From: Flavobacteriales bacterium
GTDB lineage: Bacteria; Bacteroidota; Bacteroidia; NS11-12g; UBA955
NCBI GenBank assembly: GCA_947463435.1
Contig: CANHTS010000001.1
Location: 3,700 to 67,699, forward strand
Direction of reading: 5' to 3'
Length of the DNA stretch: 64,000 nt
Shown: in pieces, positions 28,501 to 39,000 of the stretch
Numbering within the stretch: position 1 is the stretch's first letter
How the letters are laid out: every line of letters starts with the position of its first letter
Made by a program: the position numbers and the translations under genes
The notes under the pieces: model-generated
Database searches by the model: none
Told to the model about the DNA's origin: nothing
What the model saw: the letters and a program-made list of their open reading frames with translations, nothing else

Positions 28501-28770
28501 TGAGTCAATGAACAGGCAATTGCCAATACCTGCAGCAGTAGTGCTGCTGGTATCGCTCCAACGCATAGCCCGAACATAAAACTTGTACTGGGTATTGGGC
28601 AGCAGGTTGCCAATACGCGCACGGAACACAACGGGAACCGAATGGCTGGAAGCGTTCGACGACATGTACTGCGGGACATTCATGGGCATGAACACCCCCG
28701 CCACAGGCTTTTGTGCATGCAGTCCGGCCAAAGCCAGGACCGTGAGTGCTAAGAGTATAATTTTCTTCAT
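25591..28770 (-). CDS. T9SS type-A cargo with four Calx-beta domains and an OB-fold-like region
   Basis: Signal MKKIILLALTVLALAGLHA-Q; DD...E..E motifs (DDNAVEGQE, DDTDVDPND, DDELSEAPE, DDNLSEGNE); CTD VYPNP..LSAGVYLV. Confidence 0.85.
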   Translation of the reverse strand: MKKIILLALTVLALAGLHAQKPVAGVFMPMNVPQYMSSNASSHSVPVVFRARIGNLLPNTQYKFYVRAMRWSDTSSTTAAGIGNCLFIDSSGQWRNPGTSLSLNNVGQHDTLTTDISGSYEGWFAFYRSSNAAFNAGNVVLPYVQLQAIAGGSTVEKYYADEEITCLTMDTAAGSTKASAIFGISAAAPKSIVGLYDNIDGRGRPLSMTFVEGSGFTIASALAVFYNDSVQGKNGRWGTIIPNDLSNGVRRVTSFDLKSGNALYSNIDSNGIWGWGGTAISTVNPRNAARAIRLSTEECALVPTDFQFWLRSSTIGENAGSTNLLVRRRYANDYSSSVTLFYVGGTASHGTGADINFSTPKSITFKPGYTAFDTTRVTINDDNAVEGQEVATISLRDPVRAGIGLERTHSLFINDNDQSLISFVPKRVTVRESAGRAAITIKMDKAIAAPASVRILVKSRGDSTFIPAEFRLGSTNTDTTVNVGKSTGPDSVVFFARILDDTDVDPNDTIVLALRINGSSGATRGDSLLTIVVTDNDRPPVYSFARRTATVTEKNGNMRIRVNVNGRNDLNSDFIFRYNAAISTATAGSDFTMNPLARIITVTPNDPDSVIIQLPIIDDELSEAPERLIFTISTLTNSTIGKPDTMTVTLLSDDLPAYRIRQISRINSNGVNDSINVRCRVFGVVHGVNLRSSGLQFTVIDTSGAIQVVGSGSAFGYTVREGDSVMVQGRVGQVNGMTVLQNLDTVRRLSTTGFVRTPTNVSSALSETHESRIIRLRNVKLVDPAAWPTTALGANTTKTIAVTDGARTWDVTIDAETNVDGTPAPSTFFNISGIGFQDDNSSPYNSGYALVPRYTADVQNLTFPFISFVPNAGASSEVDDSSLLITVNIANPNAQVQFELAIKGGTAAPNADFNMANRTVVVPSGRSSYTFKVDLFDDNLSEGNETIQLALRKPNWGIEIGADSVYTLTLIDNEANSVNKLNAGTLRVYPNPASGFVQFEAPEALNRMSISDLQGRVLYQSKVQGNMGVASLEGLSAGVYLVRAETQDGRYYSARVTVK

Positions 28771-28829
28771 GGTGCTTGCGCGAACCGCGAAGATAGTTTT
28801 TTTCAACACCTTATGAGATGAACGAACTG

Positions 28830-29510
28830 TCATTTCCCTGTCTCTGTAATCGCGAGTGTGAAGATGCTCAGCGTTTTACAACCGTTTTGAACCAAGGTTT
28901 GTAAGCAGGCTTCGAGGGTGGCTCCGGTAGTCAATACATCATCAACAAGCGCGATATGCCGGCTGCGTGCTTCAACGGGAACTTCAGCCTCAAAGCGGGT
29001 TCCAACGTTTATCCAGCGCGAAATCCTGGACCCCTTGGTCTGCGACACCGTGGTGCGGGTTTTTTTCAACCACTTCGTCTCCAGCCGGCTGCCCCAGGCC
29101 AATGCCATGCCCCGGGCAATCTTCTCGGCCTGGTTGTATCCCCTCAGACGCTGTTTTCCGGGGTGCATCGGCACCGGTAAAAGCAATGCAGGCGGCTGCA
29201 TAAGGGATGCAAGCTCGGTGGCGTATAAAAATCCGAGCCGTTCCGCAAGGCGCGATTGCCCCTGGTACTTGATGGCATGCAATATCTGACGCGTCACCCC
29301 ACCTTCCCTGAAATACAAATAGCTGCCGGCGTGCTGCAATGGAACCCGCCCTGCAAAAATCCTGTGGGCCGCCTGTTCCTTCCTGATATTGAAACCGGTG
29401 TAAGGCAGGCACATCGTGCATTCCAGGCAAATCCAGCTTTCTGCTTCCTCCAATATCCTATTACAGCCCGGACAAGTGCGCGGGTAAAACAAGCGGAAAG
29501 TTTCGCGCAT
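28830..29510 (-). CDS. comF: ComF family protein (double zinc ribbon + phosphoribosyltransferase fold)
   Basis: CPGC..CLEC, PVPMH..RGYNQAE, LVDDVLTTGATL. Confidence 0.88.
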   Translation of the reverse strand: MRETFRLFYPRTCPGCNRILEEAESWICLECTMCLPYTGFNIRKEQAAHRIFAGRVPLQHAGSYLYFREGGVTRQILHAIKYQGQSRLAERLGFLYATELASLMQPPALLLPVPMHPGKQRLRGYNQAEKIARGMALAWGSRLETKWLKKTRTTVSQTKGSRISRWINVGTRFEAEVPVEARSRHIALVDDVLTTGATLEACLQTLVQNGCKTLSIFTLAITETGK

Positions 29511-29661
29511 TAGCGTCGAAGGTGCCTGTAAAGTTTGGTACAACAATCCGGGTTTCGCCTTGAACATGCCACAAAACTCGGATTGGCTTGGGTTCTTATC
29601 CATAAAATACACGCTTATAAACGTTTATTTACGTTCGATGTGCAGAAGCCACAGCCGGGGC

Positions 29662-29669
29662 TAACTTTG
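29662..29669 (+). promoter_or_regulatory. Bacteroidota -7 element TAACTTTG
   Basis: Exact TAnnTTTG match, 4 nt before ATG 29674. Confidence 0.6.
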
Positions 29670-29673
29670 CGGC

Positions 29674-30516
29674 ATGGAAATTCTGCCCGGTCGCATCAAT
29701 CGCCTGCCCATTGCCCGGGCTGTAGATTTTGGCGTTTATCTCGATGCCGGCGAATACGGCGAAATCCTGATGCCCGCACGCTATGTACCTGAAAACGCTA
29801 AACCAGGTGATGTGGTGGATGCCTTTCTCTATTGCGACTCCGAAGACCGCATGGTGGCCACAACCGAAAAACCCGCCGCCCAGGCGGGTGAAATTGCCTG
29901 GTTACCTTGCAAATCAGTCAGTCGTTTCGGGGCCTTCATGGATTGGGGATTGATGAAAGACCTGCTGGTTCCTTTCCGTGAACAAACTGTGCCGATGCAG
30001 GAAGGGAAATCTTACGCAGTACTGGTTTATGTGGATGAGAAGAGCGGTCGCCTCGCAGGAACCGCCCATATCGAAAAGCACCTGAACCGCGGCAGACCGC
30101 TCTATGAGCCAGATACGGAAGTCGACTTACTGATTTACGCCAAATCGGAACTGGGCTATAAAGCTGTGGTTGATCATCGCTTCGGCGGACTGCTGTATTT
30201 CAGTGAAGCATACCGCCCGTTGCAGCCGGGCGATCGTATCACAGGCTACGTGCACCGGGTGAGGGAAGACGGGAAAATCGATCTGCGCAGCCGTCCAACC
30301 GGTTATGCACCCGTGGGTGATACGGCCGGTGAAATCATGGAAAAGCTCAAAGCCGCAGGCGGGTTTCTTCCTTTTACCGATGACAGTGACCCCGACGAAA
30401 TAAGACGCGTCTTTGGTATGAGCAAAAAGCTGTGGAAGAAGGCAACCGGCGCCCTGTATAAACAACGCCGCATTCTGATCGATACCGACGGAATCCGCCT
30501 GCCGACAGAAGACTGA
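29674..30516 (+). CDS. cvfB: CvfB family S1 RNA-binding protein
   Basis: FGVYLD, FLYCDSEDR, FGAFMDWGLMKDLLVPFREQ, REDGKIDL, FGMSKK..KKATGALYK. Confidence 0.88.
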   Translation: MEILPGRINRLPIARAVDFGVYLDAGEYGEILMPARYVPENAKPGDVVDAFLYCDSEDRMVATTEKPAAQAGEIAWLPCKSVSRFGAFMDWGLMKDLLVPFREQTVPMQEGKSYAVLVYVDEKSGRLAGTAHIEKHLNRGRPLYEPDTEVDLLIYAKSELGYKAVVDHRFGGLLYFSEAYRPLQPGDRITGYVHRVREDGKIDLRSRPTGYAPVGDTAGEIMEKLKAAGGFLPFTDDSDPDEIRRVFGMSKKLWKKATGALYKQRRILIDTDGIRLPTED

Positions 30517-30599
30517 AGCTTCACATCCGGCCATTGAATTCACCGGCCGTATTGGCTTCCACGGGCTTGCTGTATCTTGCCGCCGGAAAATTCCGGTTC

Positions 30600-31808
30600 A
30601 TGAAAAAACTATCCTGCTACTTTGCACTCCTGTTGGGTGTTGCAGCCGTTCCGCTCGTTGCCCAGGGCCCCGATACGCTGCGGAATAAACCGGGCAGCGC
30701 TTATCTCTTTTCACGCGTAAAAGACAATGCTGCCACACAAGTGCGTAACCAGTGCCAGACCAGTACCTGCTGGAGTTTCAGCACGCTAAGCTTCCTCGAA
30801 AGTGAACTGCTCCGAAAAGGAAAAGGCATTTATAACCTGAGTGAAATGTATGTGGTTCGCCACGCCTATTACGAAAAGGCAGTTATGTACCTGCGAATGG
30901 ACGGCGATCACCGTTTTGATGAGGGTGGGGAAGGCCATGATATTCCCTTGATCATCCGAAAATATGGAATTGTACCTGAGGAAGTGTATCGCGGTCTGGC
31001 ATATAAATCCAATCCCGGCGATACCGTTCACAACCATGGAGAATTGGTGTCTGCACTCAAAGGGCTGGTGAATGCTTACAAGCCGTTTTCACAGGCCGGT
31101 AAACTGAGCCCGGCATGGCAAAAAGCCGTGAATGGTATATTGGATGCGTATTTCGGTCCGCTGCCTGCTTCCTTCCAATACGCCGGTAAAACCTTCACTC
31201 CACAATCTTTCGCGCAATCGCTCGATCTGAACATGGAAGACTATGTAGTGCTTACGTCTTATACACACCAGCCGTTTTACCGCCCTTTTGTGCTGGAACT
31301 TCCGGATAACTGGAGCCTGCAGCAAGCCTATAATATTCCGCTGGAAGAATTCGAAGCTGCTGCCTTTGCCTGTCTGAACAAGGGATACACCTTCGCCTGG
31401 GCTGCCGATGTAAGCGAGAAAGGTTTTTCTTTTAAGGATGGCCTCGCCGTGCTGCCTGTACACGATAGTCTGGTTAAAGCCAAAGGCGAGACGGCGCGCT
31501 TCAGCAACGGACGTGCGGTCAGCGCCTTCGACCAGCCTTATCCGCAGCTGCAAGTGGATGCTGCACTGCGCCAGCAGATGTACGATTACAAAACCACCAC
31601 AGACGACCACGGCATGCAGATGACCGGCTGGTATCGCCTGGCAGACAGTTCGTCCTGGTTCCGCATGCGCAACAGCTGGGGCACGGGCAATGCGCTGCAA
31701 GGTTATCAGATGGTTTCGCTGCCTTATTTCCGTGCCAAAACCATTTCCATCATGCTTCCCATTGAAGCACTCGACAAAGATCTGCGCAAAAAACTCAATC
31801 TGCCCTGA
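30600..31808 (+). CDS. C1B-like cysteine aminopeptidase (aminopeptidase C), secreted
   Basis: Signal peptide; catalytic motifs NQCQTSTCWSFS (Cys), TTDDHGM (His), RNSWG (Asn). Confidence 0.9.
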   Translation: MKKLSCYFALLLGVAAVPLVAQGPDTLRNKPGSAYLFSRVKDNAATQVRNQCQTSTCWSFSTLSFLESELLRKGKGIYNLSEMYVVRHAYYEKAVMYLRMDGDHRFDEGGEGHDIPLIIRKYGIVPEEVYRGLAYKSNPGDTVHNHGELVSALKGLVNAYKPFSQAGKLSPAWQKAVNGILDAYFGPLPASFQYAGKTFTPQSFAQSLDLNMEDYVVLTSYTHQPFYRPFVLELPDNWSLQQAYNIPLEEFEAAAFACLNKGYTFAWAADVSEKGFSFKDGLAVLPVHDSLVKAKGETARFSNGRAVSAFDQPYPQLQVDAALRQQMYDYKTTTDDHGMQMTGWYRLADSSSWFRMRNSWGTGNALQGYQMVSLPYFRAKTISIMLPIEALDKDLRKKLNLP

Positions 31809-31841
31809 CAATCTGAAGCACTGAATTTCCGTTCCAACTAT

Positions 31842-31964
31842 ATGAAACGTTCCGCCATCACCCTCCTTGCGCTGCTGCTCCTGGCCGTTTTTGTCCAGTC
31901 GTGTGCATCACGCCGCGGTTGCAGTACCCGCGGCCATACCCGCACTGAAATGGGATGGATGTAA
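31842..31964 (+). CDS. Very small predicted lipoprotein (40 aa; not in the ORF track)
   Basis: MKRSAITLLALLLLAVFVQS-CASRRGCSTRGHTRTEMGWM; fills the gap between two same-strand genes and overlaps the next start. Confidence 0.7.
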   Translation: MKRSAITLLALLLLAVFVQSCASRRGCSTRGHTRTEMGWM

Positions 31965-32467
31965 AAGAACCGGTCTCTGTTCTCTTTGTCTGCCTGGGCA
32001 ATATTTGCCGTTCACCATTGGCAGAAGGACTTTTCCTTCACCATGCTGAAAAGGCCGGAACGTTGGCGCATTTCCGGGTCGACAGCGCCGGTACCAGCGA
32101 TGAACACAGGGGAGAATTGCCCGACCCGCGCACCCGTGCCAACGCGGCCCGACACGGACTGCACCTGAGCAGCCGTTCGAGACAGGTTAAGGTGGACGAC
32201 TTCGGATCCTTCGACTGGATATTGGCAATGGACAGATTGAATCGCAAGAATTTACTCCGTATTCGTCCGGCAGATTTCAAGGCCCGCATGCATTTGTTAT
32301 TGGGTCCGGAATTGTTGACGGCTCCGGAAGAGCAGGAGGTTCCTGATCCGTGGTACGGTGGACCTGAAGGTTTTGAGCGCGTGTTTCAGCTCTTGCATGG
32401 CGCAACGGAGCGTTTGCATGACTTTCTTTGCAAACACCATGGATTATACCAAGAAGCGCGAAGCTGA
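31955..32467 (+). CDS. Low-molecular-weight protein-tyrosine phosphatase
   Basis: VLFVCLGNICRSPLAE, VDSAGT, VPDPWYGG. Confidence 0.93.
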   Translation: MDVKEPVSVLFVCLGNICRSPLAEGLFLHHAEKAGTLAHFRVDSAGTSDEHRGELPDPRTRANAARHGLHLSSRSRQVKVDDFGSFDWILAMDRLNRKNLLRIRPADFKARMHLLLGPELLTAPEEQEVPDPWYGGPEGFERVFQLLHGATERLHDFLCKHHGLYQEARS

Positions 32468-32930
32468 AATCAAGGCCTGTCTGCCGGCCCTTGCGAACCT
32501 GAAGGCGGATGCTGTTCCGCAATGGGGTGTCTTAAGTGCGCAGGGTATGCTCGAGCACCTCACCTTGGGCATCAAGATCGGCAACGGCAGCCTGGCTCCG
32601 CGTGGCGCTGTTCCGTACGATGAGTACGACGAAGCACGGAAGCAACAGGTAGCCATCTTCGTGGCTTCTGAGGCGCCCTATGCCCGCAACATCATGAATC
32701 CTTTGATGCAAGACAAACCATTCCAAACGCGTAAACCCAATCTGGAAGCGGCGAAGGACTGGTTCAGGGAGGAATTGGACTTATTTTTCCGGTATTGGGA
32801 AGAAAATCCGGATGCCACACGTCTGCATCCAACGCTTGGCCCATTGCCGCGCGACGATTGGTACCGGTTTGAATACCGGCACATCATGCACCATTTCGGG
32901 CAGTTCGGGTTGCTCGCTGATACCGCGTGA
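32439..32930 (+). CDS. DinB/DUF1569-like four-helix protein
   Basis: PQWGVLSAQGMLEHL ... HPTLGPL..DDW....HIMHHFGQFG. Confidence 0.75.
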   Translation: MDYTKKREAEIKACLPALANLKADAVPQWGVLSAQGMLEHLTLGIKIGNGSLAPRGAVPYDEYDEARKQQVAIFVASEAPYARNIMNPLMQDKPFQTRKPNLEAAKDWFREELDLFFRYWEENPDATRLHPTLGPLPRDDWYRFEYRHIMHHFGQFGLLADTA

Positions 32931-32958
32931 TAACAGGAGTGTTGCACAACAGTTACCC

Positions 32959-32992
32959 AAAAAAAATCCCGCCTTGTGAGCGGGATTTTTTT
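32959..32992. terminator. Bidirectional Rho-independent terminator
   Basis: AAAAAAAATCCCGC-cttgtga-GCGGGATTTTTTT between convergent genes. Confidence 0.9.
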
Positions 32993-33020
32993 ATTCCGTG
33001 TGGACTGAACTTGGTGAAGA

Positions 33021-35477
33021 TCAGTTGCGGATAACGCGCTGTGTGATGCTGTGCGAACCGTTACTGAAGGTAGCGAAGTAAACACCTGCTGCCAGCTGGC
33101 TAACGTTGATGTTCTTGGCGTCAGCGCCGTACACACCGATCACTTTTCCGCTCATGTCGCTGAGGGTGATGCTGCCTTTGTTGGCGCCGCTCAGGTTGAT
33201 GAAGAGGGTTTCGTTCGCGGGATTGGGATACACGGTGAAGCGGATGCTGCTGTTGTTACCGGCAGCGATGCTGTTGCTGGCGGCGCCGGTGCGGAGTTCT
33301 TTGCCGCTAACCTGATCGCCGGTTACCAGCATATCGGGCTGGGGAACGCTATTGTCTTCCGCCAGGGCAATCACGAAGTTTGTGTTGGAGCGGTAGGTGT
33401 TGTTGGTGCTGATGACAGCGTTGGAGGTAAAAGTACCGCCAAGGTTGTCCCATGCACTGGTTCCGTCGAACTTGGCCACGCGCAGTTCGGCATCGTTCCA
33501 TGAACCTTTGCCTGCATCGGCGATTTCGAAGTAAGCAGCATCAGAAAGCAATCCACCGCCGCCTGCAGTGCGGTTGGCCGTCCAGTAGCCATCGGCACTC
33601 AGCGAAACGAGGCCGCCGTTCAGCGTAGTTCCAAGTGCGCTGGGGTCGCTGTCTACAAAAGCCACTTCCCATGCATTGCTTCCGCTGCTGTTGTGCAGGA
33701 GGATGGGGCGGTATTTGGTTCCAACGCCAACCGGAAAATTCATGCGGGAGCCGGAAAGGCTAGTGCTGGTGTTTAAGAATACGTTGCCGCGGATGAAGCT
33801 GTTTGCGTTACCACCGAAGATACCATTGGATGCAGTGATGGTGAGATCGTAGCCATCGGGATCCAGGTTGCCTTTCTTCAGGGTGAGGCGGTTCAGGTTG
33901 AGATCAGACTCCAGGCGTACACGGCCGGCGGTCTTGTTGATCATGATCGGGTTGGTCTTGAGCTGGTCTACACTGGCAACCGAAATATCCTGATTGGATT
34001 CTCCTCCGTGTGCTACAAATTCATCCATGCGTGGGTCTGCACCGCTGTGCACGGTTACGTCGTCTTCGAATACAACGACAGCTGAACGCGGGCTGCCTGC
34101 AATGATATCGAGGTCGTTGATGATCCAAAGGGTGTCGTTGGCTGATACACCCCAGATATGGTTTTCACCCGGAGCGTCGATGAAGAGATCGTAGAAGAAT
34201 ACGCGGCTGTTGCCATGATTCCATGCGCTGGATGCAGCGCCGGTGATATAGACTTCACCAGTGCGGGGTTCAAAGGCGTTCCGGCCTGCCATATTCCAAT
34301 AGCTGCCGATGTTCAGGCGATTGGAAGAGGGAGCTACCAGCTGACCGGTTGAGGTTACGGTAATGGGTTCGTTGATGGTGGCGTCTACGTTTTCGTCGAA
34401 CTGAAGTTTGCCGGTGTTTACGTTGATGATACCGTCGCCCAGGTTGATGCTGGCAGCAGAACCTTTCCATACTTTTACAAGGCGGTTGGAGTTCTGCATT
34501 TCAATCGAGAGGGTCCAGTTGGCAACAGAAGGGTTGGTAGAGCCGCTGTTGCAGATAACGTCGGCAACTTTGGTGCCTGCCATGCGGAAGGTTGCATTGT
34601 GGCCTTGTGCACCCACGCCAACCATGTCGAGGGTATCAAAGATTTTTACATTTGAACCGGAGCGGAAGTCGCCGTCTGTGAGGGTAAGTTTGTTGTCAAC
34701 CAACATGGTATCTGTGTTGTCAGAACCGGTGAAGTCATCGCTGGTATTCAGCGCGTTATTGGTTTTGTTAATCACAACGTTCCAGAACTGACAGGTACCG
34801 GTGGTACCAGTGGTGCCACTGCCGGTGCTGAAATGGTAATTCTGCAAGTCGGGGCCATTGAAGATAAAGGTGCTGAAACGATGGTCAAAAGTAGACATCT
34901 TGTGCTTGGCGAAATTGCCTTGCAACACTACGCGTCCTTCCTGAGGTGCTTTGAATTGGCCGTAGGCACCCAAGGTAAGCCCGCCCAGATTAACTACAGA
35001 CTTGAAGCGGGCGCTGAAAAACCCTGCACCTGTCAGATTCAAGGTTCCATTAATGGTCATACCAGCATTGCTGGAGGCGTTCATCATCCCATTTCCGCCG
35101 ATGGTTACGGTGCCAAAGGTTGCGTGGCCGGTATTGGTCATGAAATGGAAAATGGTGCCAGTGAGGTCCAGGCTGTTTGCGTTGAGTACTGTTCCAGTGC
35201 CTTCTACGTAAATCCGGCCTTTGTAACCGTTTGTTATGAGTATATCCTTCACTTCCCAAGAAGAGGGAATACGCGCATCCTTAGTGCCCGTATTGAAGGT
35301 TACGTTGTCGTCGCAATCGGGTACCGTGCTGGAAGACCAGTTGTCGGCATCGAATACGCTCTCAGTGGTGCCGAGACCGGTCCACGAACGGGTTACAGTG
35401 CCGTTGTTGGGGCACTGGGCTTGCGCAGCCGTAATTCCGGCAGCAGCGGCCATGAGGGTTAGAAGTTGTTTTTTCAT
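33021..35477 (-). CDS. T9SS type-A cargo, Gly/Asn/Thr-rich beta-solenoid-like surface protein (paralog A, 818 aa)
   Basis: Signal MKKQLLTLMAAAAGITAAQA-Q; WTG..NWS..VPDC.DNV N-terminus; CTD VYPNP..LAAGVYF..QRVIRN. Confidence 0.85.
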   Translation of the reverse strand: MKKQLLTLMAAAAGITAAQAQCPNNGTVTRSWTGLGTTESVFDADNWSSSTVPDCDDNVTFNTGTKDARIPSSWEVKDILITNGYKGRIYVEGTGTVLNANSLDLTGTIFHFMTNTGHATFGTVTIGGNGMMNASSNAGMTINGTLNLTGAGFFSARFKSVVNLGGLTLGAYGQFKAPQEGRVVLQGNFAKHKMSTFDHRFSTFIFNGPDLQNYHFSTGSGTTGTTGTCQFWNVVINKTNNALNTSDDFTGSDNTDTMLVDNKLTLTDGDFRSGSNVKIFDTLDMVGVGAQGHNATFRMAGTKVADVICNSGSTNPSVANWTLSIEMQNSNRLVKVWKGSAASINLGDGIINVNTGKLQFDENVDATINEPITVTSTGQLVAPSSNRLNIGSYWNMAGRNAFEPRTGEVYITGAASSAWNHGNSRVFFYDLFIDAPGENHIWGVSANDTLWIINDLDIIAGSPRSAVVVFEDDVTVHSGADPRMDEFVAHGGESNQDISVASVDQLKTNPIMINKTAGRVRLESDLNLNRLTLKKGNLDPDGYDLTITASNGIFGGNANSFIRGNVFLNTSTSLSGSRMNFPVGVGTKYRPILLHNSSGSNAWEVAFVDSDPSALGTTLNGGLVSLSADGYWTANRTAGGGGLLSDAAYFEIADAGKGSWNDAELRVAKFDGTSAWDNLGGTFTSNAVISTNNTYRSNTNFVIALAEDNSVPQPDMLVTGDQVSGKELRTGAASNSIAAGNNSSIRFTVYPNPANETLFINLSGANKGSITLSDMSGKVIGVYGADAKNINVSQLAAGVYFATFSNGSHSITQRVIRN

Positions 35478-35526
35478 CTCGTTACAGTTAACAGCGTCAA
35501 AGTTCTCGAGGGGTTACGGCACATCG

Positions 35527-35544
35527 TGTAGAAGGAATACTACA
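35527..35544. promoter_or_regulatory. Palindromic putative operator TGTAG-N8-CTACA upstream of paralog A
   Basis: TGTAG aaggaata CTACA, starting 50 nt upstream of the start codon; same motif at 39112. Confidence 0.65.
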
Positions 35545-35913
35545 AACGACACTGCGACACAATATGTATACGTCAACTGGCAAAAAACCGAACAAAATAA
35601 TTAAAATGTTCAACAAAATAACATGTAGAATTAAACGTTAGGTTGTTGACTTCAGGAAAAACTTACTGAATTAAACTAGTCTTTGGGCAGTAGAGAGACA
35701 AAGCCAGGTACTGTAGTTTTATCCCTAAACGGCTCACCAAGTTTATGTCAATGCCCCATAAACAGGAGCAATACACGTTCCCTCCAACCGTATCGGGCTT
35801 TGACCTGGAGGCGTACACTGCCGAATGCTTTGTACCCGGCGGGATACGGAAATGGGCGTCGGAAGGCACACAAGTCCGCATTAGCGCAGCTTGGTTCAGC
35901 TTGGAAATGGCGC

Positions 35914-35947
35914 AAAAAAGAAGTCCCGCCAATGTTGGCGGGACTTC
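35914..35947 (-). terminator. Rho-independent terminator of paralog B
   Basis: On the minus strand, GAAGTCCCGCCAA-c(a)-TTGGCGGGACTTC is followed by TTTTTT. Confidence 0.88.
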
Positions 35948-36000
35948 AGCTTGTTAATTGTAAACGGTTATCGATGTACCCTTAGCGGGTCAGCCGAAAA

Positions 36001-39000
36001 TCAGTTGCGAATCACGCGCTGGGTGATGCGCTGGCTTCCATTGCTGAAAGTAGCGAAGTACACGCCGGCGGCGAAGTTGCTCATGTTGATGCTGCGGGTT
36101 TCAGCGCTGTATACGCCGAGTACCTTGCCGCTGAGATCGCTGAGGGTGATGCTGCCTTTATCGGCGCCGCTCAGGGCGATGTTCAGGGTTTCGGCCACAG
36201 GGTTCGGGAATACATTGAAGCTGATGGCTGACTGAGCCATTGCCTGGCTGTTGCCGCTGGCAGTGTTGTTCACCAGGTTGAGTTCGTTGCCGCTGATGCC
36301 TTCGTTGTGCAAGGCAATGGGAGCGGGTACGTTGTCAACACCGATGGTGAATACGCGCGTGCCGTTGCTGGTCCAGTCGGAGGTACTGGCCAACACCATG
36401 TCACTGCTGGCACCTGTATTAGGGCCGTAGTTAGACCAAGTGCTGGCGGATGCATTCCAGCGGGCTATGCGGATATTGGCATCGTTCCAGCCTGCATCCT
36501 TGCCGAGGGTGGAAAGCTGTACGAAAGCAGCATTTGTAGAAGCACCACCGCCTGAACGCGCTACAATCCAATATTCGGATGTAGAGAATGCATCGATGCC
36601 ATGTGTGCCGGCGTTGCCGAGATCGGTGGCAGTATCGCTTGCAACATAGGTTACAGTCCAAACATTGGTGGTGTTGGATGCATGCAGTTGCACTGGGCGA
36701 TATTTGTTGCCACGACCAACCGGAATGAAATAGCGGCTGCCGGACCACGCACTGCTACTACTAATGGTTACTGCACCTTCGATGAAGGACGTACTGTTGC
36801 CGCCTAAGATACTGTTGGCGCCGAATATGGTCAGTGTTTGTCCGCCGCTGTTGAGCAATCCATTGGTCAGGCGGAGCCTGTTCAGGCGCACAGCGCTGGC
36901 ACAGGTAACAGTACCTGCAGTTTTGTCAAGGGTAAGGCCCTCGTCGCGGATAAGGTCGTCGTCGTTGAAGGAAATGGTCTGGTTGTTGCCACCCATGGCT
37001 TTAACAGTGGTCATCGCCATTGACCCACTGGAGGAGGTAAAATTACCTTCAAATACGAGGTTTGCACCATTGAAAGCGCCTGATGTCTGGCGCAGGTTGC
37101 CTTTTACAATCACAGAGTCAGTGCTGTTGAAGGTTCTGGTTCCAATGGTGTTCACCAGCAGGTTGTTGAAGATAACCGCAGCGCCATTTATGTTGTATTG
37201 GTTAGTTGAGGTGCCAAGAGAAATGGTGCCGCTCTTCGCATTCAGCGCATTGCGGTTGGCGAAATTCCAGCTGCCTCGGATGGTGAGGGTATCAGTAGCT
37301 GGCGCTTCCACGCGCCCGTTGGCACCTACCAGGAATTTAACACTTGCGCCTACGCCTGTAGCGATAACAGCATCTTTGTTGTCGAAGGAAAGTGTACCTC
37401 TGCGTACATCCAGACCATTGTTGGTTCCGTTTGTAGCACCAACGGAAATGGTATTTCCAGTGGCCACTGCTGATACGACGTTGCTTGAGCTGGCTTTATC
37501 GATGATGATACGGCCACTTTGAATCAGGGCGTCGCCGCGGTACTCGGTATTGGCATTGCCGCCAAGAACGATTATCTGACCAGAGGAATATGTGTTGGCC
37601 GAAACGCTGGATTGAACGTCCAGGTCACCGTTCACGTAAACTACGGCTTCGTCGCTTGCCGTTCCGGTGTAACTGAACATACCGGCCTTGATAACCAGGT
37701 CGTTCAGTACCTCGAGGGTGTCGTTCGAACCGATGACAACCGGGGCGGAAGCGTTGGCAGTATTCGCCGTGATATTGTAGAATGCTCTGCGAGCTCCACC
37801 ACCGAAAGAAGTACTCACGGTGTTAGTACCTGTGAACTCCAATGTGCTCTGGTTTGGAACAACTGTACCGAGTATGGATATGGTCGTAGCGTCCATTTTT
37901 ACGGTAGCCGCAGCAGGCATGTCAAGCGTCGCGTTAGCGCCGATAGTGAATGCACGGTTGGGGATATTCACGGTCACATCGTCGGGGAATGCGATCGTTC
38001 CGCGCTCTGCATTGATGATAGCAGCTGGCATAGTAACTTCGCTGTGGCTGCCTTTGCGGAAGTTCAGAATGGAACCATTGCTTTCTTTCTTAACAATCAG
38101 TGGCATACCGGATGACCCTTTGGTCAGATTGTTGTTGAGAATCAAATCGGCGGTCTTGTTGCCACCGCAGTAGATGGTGCCCGAGTGACCATCGCGGCCT
38201 TCACCAAGCAATTCAAGTGTATCGTGGAACATGAACTGGCCGCTAGCGAGGTCGCCTGCAATTACAGTCAGACGGTTTTCAATGATCACGGTATCCGTGC
38301 CGTCAGTAAGCGACCAGTTGTCTGGATTAGGCACGGTGCCAGCGGGTTTATTCAGGTTTACATTCCAGAACTTGATGGTACCTGCTGAAGTATTCGCACC
38401 ACTACCACCATGACTGGCGCTAACTGATTGACTAACGGCTGAGTTGATGTTCCAAGTGCTGGAGCGGGCATCGAAGGTGGATATTTTTGCCTTCTGGATG
38501 TTGCCGGTTATGTTCACGATGCCTTTTTCCGGACATTTCATTTGACTGAAGGCATTCACTACAAGGGCATTCAGATTCACTGTAGACCCGGTGCGGAAGG
38601 AAATAAATCCACCTGCGTCCAAAGTAAGTGTGGCACTGATGCTCATACCGGCGCGGCTGGAATAATTCATCATACCGTTACTGCCTACGGAAACGCTTCC
38701 GAAACGGCAATGCCCGATTTCGGGGTTGAAAGTTACCACTGTTGCATCCATGTTGAAACCTGCAGCTTCGATCACAGTAGCGGTTCCGGAAACCACGATA
38801 CGGCCTTTGTAATCGGGGTTTACGTTGATAATGCCAGTAGTGATGAAAGAATCAGGAATTTCGCAGTTCTTGTTGCTGGCATTTCCGAAGGCAACGTTGT
38901 CATTGCAATCGGGCACCGTGTTGTTGGTCCAGTTTTCCGGAGTGAAGAAGTTTTCGTCGGCACCGCCGCCATCCCAGGTACGGGTTTGGGCTCCACCGCA

